Assembly: GCF_006345805.1 (NCBI RefSeq)
Contig: NC_043008.1
Location: 48,918,001-48,982,000 of the forward strand
DNA length: 64,000 nt
DNA from: Octopus sinensis
Lineage: Eukaryota
Direction: 5' to 3'
The stretch's first letter is position 1. Each line of letters starts with the position of its first letter. Shown piece by piece: positions 54,086 to 64,000 of this stretch. The position numbers were made by a program, and so were the translations under genes. The notes under the pieces were generated by a model. The model ran no database searches. It saw nothing but the letters and a program-made list of their open reading frames with translations, and had not been told where the DNA came from.

Positions 54086-55053
54086 TTAAGTATTTAAAAC
54101 CAACCATATCCAGCTCATCTATTCAAACCAGCCGACTCTGACACACACACAAACTTACCAGACAATGAATCATAAACAAACAATCACATCATTAAAATCT
54201 CAAGGCTATGAGATAATTCAAAATTAATTAATTAATCCCCGTCTGTTTATTTATAAAATATATTTGTCAACTAAATGTGGCGGTTCAAAAGAAGACAGCG
54301 TTACTGTTGCTTTTAGCCCCAGAAAGACATTCATATCTATCTATCTCTTTATACACACATCTATACGCTTATTGAATTAAAAGTTTCAAAATGTAGTTTC
54401 TTGCATATCTGTTATCTAAAATATAAGGGGAAAAAAAATTTTGGAAAAGTTCAAAATTTGGCGGGGGCTTAAAAAAATTTTTTTTTGGGATATTCATAAT
54501 CTTTCACATCTAAAACACAGGAATCCAACAACTCTTTTTTTAAAAAAAAAATGCATTTTTCAAGCAGAGGTGCAAAACTACATTATCCCAAAAAATATGA
54601 TCAGCTATAGAGTTATCTAGCCATAATTCCAACCCCGGTAAATAAAATGCAGCCCGCAGGACTTTTCTGAACGAGGGCCCTGACTAATGATGAACTACAT
54701 CGCATGCAGCCCACTTCTAGGAAACGGCTACCCATGTCTGTACACCCACAGAACACAACGTTCAAAAAGATGTATGATACGATAAACACAAAACCAAGAA
54801 GAGAAAATATTTGAACCAGAGTTAATATTATGTACGATAAAACCAAAATAGAAACAAGTAATTTATACACATCCAACTGAAATGACAATGAAATATTAAG
54901 TAATCAGTGTGTCCCCTATGAGGTAATTATACAGGGCTTGAGTCAAATACTGAGGTATCACATCACATATATATGCATAGACACACACATACGTGTGTGT
55001 GTGTATGTATGTGTATATATATGTGTGTGTATATATATATGTGTGTGTATATA

Positions 55054-55086
<33 letters not shown>

Positions 55087-55147
55087 GTATGTATATATGT
55101 GTGTGTGTGTGTATATATATATGTATATATATATGTGTGTATATATA

Positions 55148-55199
<52 letters not shown>

Positions 55200-55427
55200 T
55201 ATATATATATAAATGGGATGATATGAGTGTATGTGGTATGTCATACGATACGAACTGAAAAATTCTGGATCAGGAAATGTCATTCTGCAAAATCAGGCAG
55301 AATCGGCTACGAAACACTTGAGAAACAACTGGGGATGCTCCCAGGGGCCTCTTCAGATTGCAACCGAAAACTGCCTGAAAAAAGAAAATTATTAGTGCTA
55401 ATAGTAAGTAAATGAAATGGTACCAAC

Positions 55428-55559
55428 CTCGATGGCTGTCTTGAATGTCTGAGCACGGACTGCACACGGTTCCCAGATACCGTATTGCTTCATATCCACA
55501 ACCTCACCAGTTTCTCCGTCAATTCCCCAACTGGTACTGTTGGGCTGAGCATGTTTAGC
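55428..55559 (-). CDS. CCT3: CCT-gamma exon
   Basis: 132 nt; AKHAQPNSTSWGIDGETGEVVDMKQYGIWEPCAVRAQTFKTAIE. Confidence 0.96.
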
Positions 55560-57125
55560 CTGACCAAAGAAGGAAAACAACACAATCAAGTTAAGTCACT
55601 GATAGGGGAGGGCCTCATGCCTGAGAGACAAATGTCATAATACTTATTATAGCTGTATACTGGTTTCAAATTTTGACACAAGGCCTGCAATTTTAGGGGG
55701 GGAAAATATCAACAAAACAGCTATTGTTAATGTGCAGAAACAACTGTTGTGATGTGCAATTAATGCCTCTTCATTCCATCTCGTTTTATAGATTTTATAT
55801 ACCTATATTTTTTTTTTCTTTTACTTGTTTCAATCATCAGATTGTGGCCATACTGGGGCACGGCACTGAATTTTTAGCCAAATGAATTGAAACCCAGAAC
55901 TAGTTTTTTTTAAAGCCTGGTACTTATTCCTTCAATTTCTTTAGCAAATTGCTAAGTTATGCATACAGACACACATGTACACACACACACACATATATAC
56001 ACACACACATATATATATATACATACACACACATACATCACACAATGGGCTTCTTTCAGTTTCCAACCACCAAATCCACTCCCAAGGCTTTGCAGATCCG
56101 AGGCAATAGTAGAAGTCACTTGCACAAGGTGCCACGCAGTGGGACTGAACCCAGAACCTTGTGGTTGGGAAGCAAGCTTCTTACCACACAGCCACACCAT
56201 AAATTCATATATATATATATATATATATACATATCTATACCCACACTCACCGACTTTTTAGCTTCAATTGTTCTCCAGAGTGCATTATATAATAATGGCT
56301 GTACTCTATTTATTGTCACTCAAACCTCATCTGCCTCTATAGACACTGTAACCAGACATGTGATGCTGCTGCAGCAGCAGGACTGATCAGTCACAGCCAT
56401 ACAACTCACACACAAACAAACAGCGTTTCAACACCGTAATTACTTTATAAGCAAGACAATGACACATTCTTATCCACAAATGACACTCCCACACATGACC
56501 ATCCATATAAAAAACACACACACACACAATACACCCTTAAATAGCTTTGGATAACATGATGCAGTCATGAAAGATGCCAACAATAATAATAATAATAATA
56601 CAACCTCATGTTTTATCTATTTTCAAGATGGTTCAGTAGCCTTTTGAGGTAGATTTGACTGCTATTTCTAGCAGAACATGTAGCCATGAAGAAGTTCCTC
56701 GACCCCCCCATGAACAAACTTTCACACATCATTCTCCAGGCATAGATGCACCAACCAGAAACAGAGTACCCCAACAAACAACACAATCCAAACCTTTTGA
56801 TCCCTTTTGCCAAACCACTAACTTACATGGAACATAACCACACCAGCATCAGTTATCAAGCAATGGTGGGGGAACAAACACAAACATGTACGACGGGCTT
56901 CTTTCAGTTTCTGTCAACCAAATCCACTCACAAGGCTTTGGTTGGCCTGAGGCTATAGCAGAAGACACTTGCCCAAGGTGCCACGCAGTGGGACTGAACC
57001 AGGAACCATGTGGTTGGTAAGCAAGCTACTTATTTTACAGATACAAGTAGAGAAAGAATTTTGACGAAAGCAAAAAGCATCAAGAGAGATATAGATGCTA
57101 TTCAATAAAAAGTTGGGCTACTTAC

Positions 57126-57266
57126 CCTGAGAGCTGTAAGAGTACGGATAGTACTGGCACCACAGTTCTGGATTAAGGTGGAAGGGATAATCTCCAAAGC
57201 CTTTGCAATAGCACGATATGGCCATTGGTGCACTGTTACTATACTCTTGGCTTTCTCATTCAATGC
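57126..57266 (-). CDS. CCT3: CCT-gamma exon
   Basis: 141 nt; ALNEKAKSIVTVHQWPYRAIAKALEIIPSTLIQNCGASTIRTLTALR|gtaag. Confidence 0.96.
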
Positions 57267-58686
57267 CTGTAAAATAAAAAATACAATTTATTTGCTCAGG
57301 AGAAACACGGGTGGACCACAACAAAAAACTAATGGTCATTCATACAAGATTTACTAGTTCGTTTCATACCCCTAACCAAGGCACAGTAATTTTCATCAAC
57401 ATCAATTTAACCTATTAGAATTTAAACGATGATGATGATGATCTCTCTACATATCCATCTTGATTTATAAATCATTCCATCTACTGAATACCTGGGTGTA
57501 CTGGCCAATGGTCTACTCAAGCAAAACAGGTAATAATCAACCAACACTACCAACATGTAAGAAATCAACCAAATAACTACAAAGTTTTCTTTTCATAAAA
57601 CATTAATGAAGAATTTCAGTTAATGGCATCAAACTAAAAAACATCAACCTCCATTGTCTTCTATGTAGACAGAGGCTGCAGTCAACTGAGTTCATAAAGT
57701 ATAAAATTTTTATAGAGAATGTGTTTTAGTTTCTTAAAGGTTGTTTTCTCCTTAATAATCCGGTGCTAGTATAGTATAGGGTCTACGACGGTGACAAACA
57801 GGGTCGTCTAACTTATCTTCCAGATATTTCAGAAATTGAAAAACTTCATTACATTATAAAGGAATTACACAAGTAAGAAAAACTGGATCTTATATTATTT
57901 TATATGATAAAGAACTGTCAGAGTCACTGCTGTGGTCATGGGTAATATCCATGACAAAGAAAAAATCTTAGTTCTAAAATCTCACTCAGGCTCAGCTTGC
58001 AGTTTCATTTGTTGTCCGTATAATGGAAAAACGGTTTTCTTTATGAACTGAATGTGAAGACAGACACCCCTTTCAAGGACAATGATGTACAGGCCCGACC
58101 TGTCCACCTCTGTTGTGCTTTCGTTTTTCCTGCATGACAGCATCGATGGCAGGGATCTGCTTCTTGTTGTGTACCCAGCTGATTGTAATCATTTAAAAAC
58201 GTGACTGCTGTTTCCCCCGTCAAGATGACACGTGTATAAAAAATCTTTCAGCAACATTTCAATGTAAGGTAAACCGCAGGTGGAAAGGTGAGGTGATAAC
58301 GAGTACTTTTTAAGGTAGATAACCCTGGCTATACTATTTGACAACATAGTAGACCGCATACTATAAACCCTTTGTTCCAAAATTTGTTGAAATACATGGG
58401 CTTTTATTACAATTAATTTAGAAAATAATAAAGAATTCAGTTAAATAACTTCGTCGTTCAGTTAGGATCTGGAACCTAAATTAGTAAATTTGGGGGAAAA
58501 GTTTTAATTTAAATCACTTTAAAATATGAAATTGGTTTCAGTTGCTTTTGTATCAAAGATTAAATCTGCTCAAAGAGATGGTGATAAAAACACTGAAACA
58601 CTTAAGCCATATAATTAGAAGAATTCATTACAATTGATTCCATACACAACACACTCTTTGACAAACTATAAAATCTGACCACTTAC

Positions 58687-58873
58687 ATGTGCTAAGGCCA
58701 TTTCAGTAGCACCACCTCCTGGTACCAAAACCGGTTCCTGGATTACATTTCTGGTAACATTTAAAGCATCTTGTAGATTCCTGTCCACTTCATTGAGAAT
58801 ATCTTTACTAGCGCCACGTAATACAATGGTACATGCTTTGGGATTTTTACAATCAATTAAATATGTAAAGTAC
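58687..58873 (-). CDS. CCT3: CCT-gamma exon
   Basis: 187 nt; YFTYLIDCKNPKACTIVLRGASKDILNEVDRNLQDAL...VPGGGATEMALAH|gtaagt. Confidence 0.96.
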
Positions 58874-59284
58874 CTAAAAACAAAAACAAAAAAAGGTAAT
58901 AAATTTAATCAGTTATGGAGTTGTATGCAAGATCTGTCCAATCTGTGCAAACAGGGGAATAAATGAACGTAAAAATAAAGCTTATTGGGATGTGTTGGTG
59001 AGTCTATGCAAATAGATATACAGCCACACCATAGGACATTGCAGCTTGATGTACCCCTGCAACTTTTCAGACCCTGTCAAACTGTCCAGCCCATGTCAGT
59101 AGAGAGAAACAATTCTTAATCCTTTCGATACCAAGCCGCTGAAACCATCTCAGGCTCTGTAGTACAAATGTCTTGTTTTCAAAAGTTCTGAATTAAAATC
59201 TTCCATCAAACCTTACTCACAATTTATGTTCTTAATACTAGCTGAATAATAATAAGTGATTTTACTAAATTCTTTGTTATATTT

Positions 59285-59615
59285 ATGTCTGTTTTCCAAT
59301 GCTGGCATGAGTTAGACAGTTTGACCAGAGCTGGTAGGCCAGAGAGAGCTGCACCAGGCTCGTCTCTTTAGGCTTGTTTTCTATGGCTGGATGTCCTTTC
59401 TAACACCAACCACCCTACAGAGTGGCGTACTGGGCGTCTTTGACGACACAGGCCACAACCACGATTTCCCTTAGCTTGACCTGTCTTCTCAAACACAGCA
59501 AATAATAGCCAGAAGTCTCGGTCTCTTGACACTGCATCCATGAGACTCAACAACCAAAGATCATAATTCACCACCTCGTCCCACGTCTTCCTGGGCCTAT
59601 CTCTTCCACAGGTAT
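59285..59615 (-). mobile_element. RTE-like LINE 3' end joined to the tail shared with the abundant (ATG)n-tailed SINE
   Basis: GRDRPRKTWDEVVNYDL...SRDRDFW followed by the ggttggtgttagaaaggacatccagc 3' UTR. Confidence 0.7.
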
Positions 59616-60638
59616 ATGTTAAGAGCATATTGAACTGTTAGTCAAACCTAGGGCTTATATAAAGTTGAGACTCTCAATAAAAGATGCTGCCATATAATTA
59701 AAACTCAGTTCTGATACATTAATACTTCTGATACCAATAAACTGGACACCCACTCCTGGTGCTATGTTAATAATCCAACCATTTTAATACTTTAGCCAGC
59801 CACATCCAGCCCAAATATTCTCCGTTTTAGAGTCAAACCAGCCAGAGTCAGCCTCTCATACCAGTCCTATTCTAAAAATAACCAACCCATCATCAAAATC
59901 CCAAGTTACAAGATAATGCACGATTAATTCAAAACTATGCGTGCTGGTGGCACATAAAAAGCACCATCCGTCCGTGGCCGTTTACCAGCTCCGTCTGGCA
60001 CCTGTGCGGGTGGCATGTAAAAAGCACCCACTACTACACTCTTGGAGTGGTTGGCGTTAGGAAGGGCATCCAGCTGTAGAAACACTGCCAGATCAGACTG
60101 GGCCTGATGCAGCCTTCTGGCTTCACAGACCCATGCTAGCATGGAAAGCGGACGCTAAATGATTATGATGATGATGATGATGTGAATAAATAAGAATCAG
60201 GTTTGATCAAATAATCTGAATGCTAAACTGTTAAATCATTCATAAACCAGATCTGTCCATAATAATTTTATGTAAAAATATTTTCAACTAGCACCTGTCC
60301 TCTGGACGGTTTAAGTTGCTTAGGTGGTATTTTTTTTACCAAATAATTGAACTACGGAGAAGGTTTATGAGTCGCACAGGAATCTACGTTTCCGATTATC
60401 CCAGGAACGGAAAATCGAATTGCAGGCTGGTTATTGTGGATATCGTAGTACATATAAGTTTGCAAGCGAAGGAAAGAGGAGCTACTGAAGTGTTTTGGGA
60501 GCAGATTATGGATAATGGCTACAAAATATAGTTGTTTTACATGAAAGCAAAATTTCTAGTCAGAAACAGCCACATAAATGGATTGTAATCAATCACTTAT
60601 TTTAAGGTAAAAAAAATAAAAAAAACAAGAGTACATAC

Positions 60639-60737
60639 TCATCACCGATCTTCTTAATTTCAAAAAGTCCGCATGCGGTACCGACATCTTCCTCCTTGAT
60701 TTCTTCAGTTCGGTTAACAATTGTGGCACCAGAAGCT
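60639..60737 (-). CDS. CCT3: CCT-gamma exon
   Basis: 99 nt; (R)ASGATIVNRTEEIKEEDVGTACGLFEIKKIGD(E). Confidence 0.95.
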
Positions 60738-62464
60738 CTATTTGTTATAACAAAAAGAAAGAAAAAAAAAAAAGAAATGTGAAATGAAACGGAGAAAGGA
60801 GAAGAACAAAAAAGAATGGTATTTGCAGAGTGTAGAATATCAAGAATGAAAAGCAACATTGGAGAGGAGAGATGCACTAACAAACCGAATGAAATGGGAC
60901 CCAACATCAAGGAATGAGGAGGGAGGGTCAGTCGATGGAGGAAAGTTTGATTAGCAAATAGGCAGATCATATACCAGCATGGTTATGAAAAGTTGTAAAA
61001 GAATATTACATACACACATGTATTATATGTGTATATATATTTATTTATATTTATATATATATAAAAGCATGTAGATATAAAATTACTTCAGTTTAAAAAT
61101 AAACACAAATGAAAGTAATGTACAAGATAGACGGCCACGCCTTGAATTAAGTATCAAGATATAAAAAGGAACCCCCAAATAAATCCAACAAATAAAAACC
61201 ACAACTAAATCCTCAGAGAATGTTCTACAGCAACTCAGATTCCAACATTTGACAACTCAAAGTTGGAATCTTTCATTGATCAAACCAACCAAAATACTTT
61301 TTCACTTCATGTCATTTCAAACAGGGGACCAAAAGTGTTATGTAACTTTAGCTGTTTTTTTCTTTTTTATATGCAGTTTAGCAGAAAAACAGGTCAAGTT
61401 TCTCAATTTGATTCCTTCAATATAGATTTACCATTTTTACAGGATGGAATATGGGCGAATGGTTAAGAAATTCACTTCACAATCACGTTTCAGGTTCAAT
61501 CCCACTACAAGTCATCCTTTGTCTCAGGTGGACCCAAGTCTTATGAGAGAAAGTGGGGAAACGGAAACTGTGGGGAAGCCCATCAAATTGTATCAGTGAT
61601 TCACAACTTGTACAACTGTATCACATACCATGTCATGCTGATTCACACACGCAGGCTTCTTTCAGTTTCCATCTACCAAAATAAACTCACAAGACATATC
61701 AAGCTAACTGACATCATGGTCGTGGCCAGTACTGGTGACAGACAATAAGCACCCAGTACACTCTGTAGAGTGGTTAGCATTAAGAAGAGCGTCCAGATAT
61801 AGAAACCAAGCCAATGCAGAGTGGAGGCTGGTGCAGCTCTCTGCTTTACCAGCTCTGGTCAAACTATTTAATCACTGCCAGCATAGAAAACAGATGTTAA
61901 ATAATGTTGAAAGCTTGGCCAAGGTGTCAGTGGTACTGAACCCAAGACCCCATGGTTGAAAAGTAAGCTTCTTAACCACACAACCAAACCTACTCCTTCA
62001 TAGCAAAAGGCAAACATGAAATGGAAGCACAAAGCAGCCAGTCCAAAGGAGCCAATGTTCTACCTTTGTCCCTCTGTTTAATATTAATTCAATACTAAGG
62101 TAATGAGCTGGCAGAAACATTAGCACACCAGGCAAAATGCTTAGAGGTATTTCATCTGTCTTTACATTCTGAGTTCAAATTCTGCTGAGGTCAACTTTGC
62201 CTTTCATCCTTTCAGGGTCGATAAATTAAGTATCAGTTGCATACTGGAGTCGATCTAATTAATTGGCACCCTCCCTCAAAATTTCAGGCCTTCTGCCTAA
62301 AGTAGAAAAGAAAACTAAGGCATCAAGCTGGCAGAATTGTTAGTACACCAGGTGAAATGCTTAGCAGTACTTCGTCTGCCTCAATGTTCTGAGTTCAAAT
62401 TCCGCTGAGGTCAACCTTGCCTTTTATCCTTTCAGGGTCAATGAAATAAGTACCTCCTCCAAAT

Positions 62465-62694
62465 CAGTGCTATAGAGTCGGAGTTGTGGACTCAGAAAAA
62501 CTATACTGACTCATTATGTCTATTCTTTAATATAAACCAGTTATAACATATAGGCCTGCTCAATGTACAAACATATGCATATGCTTTATATGATATGTAG
62601 ACCACTATCAATTACATAAAGAGGAGTCAGAGGTGCAAATAGTACAGGAGTCAGAGTGGGAGTCAAAGTTTTTTGTCTAGACTCCACAGCCCTG
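62465..62694. mobile_element. hAT-type MITE nested in a SINE
   Basis: CAGTGCTATAGAGTC... / ...GACTCCACAGCCCTG ends, internal GGAGTC repeats, imperfect 8-bp flanks ctccaaat/cccaaaat. Confidence 0.55.
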
Positions 62695-62894
62695 CCCAAA
62701 ATTTCAGGTCTTGTGCCTATAGTAGAAAGGATTCATTCAATACACTATCTTTAAAGCAATATTAATTGCTCCAAGACATACAAACCCCAGAAGCAAATAA
62801 AAGATACACTAAAAGAAGAAAACAACATCCTAGAAAGAGGAAGAAATAAGGAGCTGAAATGAAGGCCTGTTAGAAGGGAAAGTGAATGAGTTAC

Positions 62895-63074
62895 CTTGCA
62901 ATACGGTTATTATCAGTTTTCCTAACTCTACGAATGCAGCTAATTCCAGCTTTGATAAGGAAATGCTGGGCCAGATCAGAGACCCCTTTCTCAGTGATGA
63001 CCAGATCGGGCTTCACGGCAATAATGTCATTGCAGATCTCCTGGATGTATTCTTCTTCAAGACGTAACACCTTA
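62895..63074 (-). CDS. CCT3: T-complex protein 1 subunit gamma, internal exon (5' exons lie beyond the window)
   Basis: 180 nt, phase 2-2; KVLRLEEEYIQEICNDIIAVKPDLVITEKGVSDLAQHFLIKAGISCIRRVRKTDNNRIA. Confidence 0.96.
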
Positions 63075-63283
63075 CTGAAAAAAAACAGAAAAGAGAAAAG
63101 GGATTTTGGTTCAATAACTGGCAAAACAATGGCATCAACATAAAATCATCATCATCACTAAACATCCATTTTCCATGCTGGCATGGGTTGGACAGTTCGT
63201 CTGAAACAAGAGAAAATTCATGAGAAGGAACCAGACAATCACAAAATGGATGTCCAGTCTGGAATTTCAAAGATTCTCCTTAA

Positions 63284-63655
63284 CCCATTAAGTCCCAGAG
63301 TACTTAAATTTCTGAATATTACTTTTAAATTTTTACACTCTCAGAGTGGTTGGCGTTAGGAAGGGCATCCAGCAGTAGAAACTCTGCCAGATCAAGATTG
63401 AAGCCTGGTGCAGCCATTTGGTTCGCCAGCCCTCAGTCAAATCGTCCAACCCATGCTAGCATGGAAAGCGGACGTTAAACAATGATGATGATTGAAAATA
63501 AGTTTAAATGAAAATAATAATACTTAAAACTCCTTTACTTCAAGTAGAAATGGAAATATTCGGTGTCCTATAAATAGGACCCTGAGAAAATATGATATAA
63601 TTTATTTAATGTTCCCATTTAGTGTCCTATTTATAGGACAGTGGGACTTAATGGG
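63284..63655. mobile_element. piggyBac-type MITE with nested SINE
   Basis: TTAA|CCCATTAAGTCCCA ... TGGGACTTAATGGG|TTAA; SINE piece at about 63336-63492. Confidence 0.8.
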
Positions 63656-64000
63656 TTAAAAGAACTGAGTCACTTTTTGCCAAGCTGTTTAATTTAGAGG
63701 GACGTGAACAAACCAACACTATCAAGCAGTTGTGGAAAACACAGGCACACACGATGTGCTTCTTTCAGTTTCTGTGCACCAAGTCTACTCACAAGCTTTG
63801 GTCAGCCTGAAGCTTAAGGTGACATGCAATGGGACCGAACCTGACCGGACGTAGAAGTAAACTTTCTTCCTCATAGCCACACTTCCCCCACAGCATAGTA
63901 AATAATGAATGTAGCCATTTTATTTTTAGTACTAGCACTATGACCCGGCAACTATAGTCCTAGTGCATGCATATACAGCTGCGTGCGTGTGTACATACAC

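Noticed and set aside
55280-55360. Minus-strand CTGAAGA hammerhead-like core
   Set aside because: No correctly placed GAAA or stem I could be found.
58050-58686. Telomerase RNA, considered because of the long H/ACA-like fold
   Set aside because: No CTAACCCT-type template on the same strand upstream, and the 3' hairpin is unlike the short CR7 hairpin.

Overview
AT-rich, microsatellite- and SINE-dense eukaryotic DNA. The repeat landscape points to a coleoid cephalopod such as Octopus; that assignment is inference. Three conserved protein-coding genes are clear, with GT-AG exon boundaries and compatible phases: the last five coding exons of cobalamin-dependent methionine synthase (MTR, +, 1686-5485), a complete two-exon exosome subunit RRP43 (EXOSC8, +, 10438-15403), and the last six exons of chaperonin CCT-gamma (CCT3, -, 50920-63074). 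The 35 kb between EXOSC8 and CCT3 contains a 100-N gap and a probable assembly duplication. It also holds many transposon remnants (Tc1/mariner, hAT, piggyBac-type MITEs, Helitron-type, RTE, CR1, CRE and Penelope-like) and several long foldback palindromes. Three things stand out. (1) A series of decayed + strand exons at 22.9-39.5 kb read, by eye, as PAN - C-type lectin - CUB - kringle - LDLa - pentameric ligand-gated ion channel, i.e. a fossil mosaic receptor gene. (2) There are several hammerhead-ribozyme motifs, one with an intact fold (49932-50014); three unrelated palindromes carry hammerhead cores pointing outward from their centres. (3) Two MITE families have (C/G)GG...CCC ends and 6-bp target-site duplications. 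All alignments and folds were done by eye; no searches were run.
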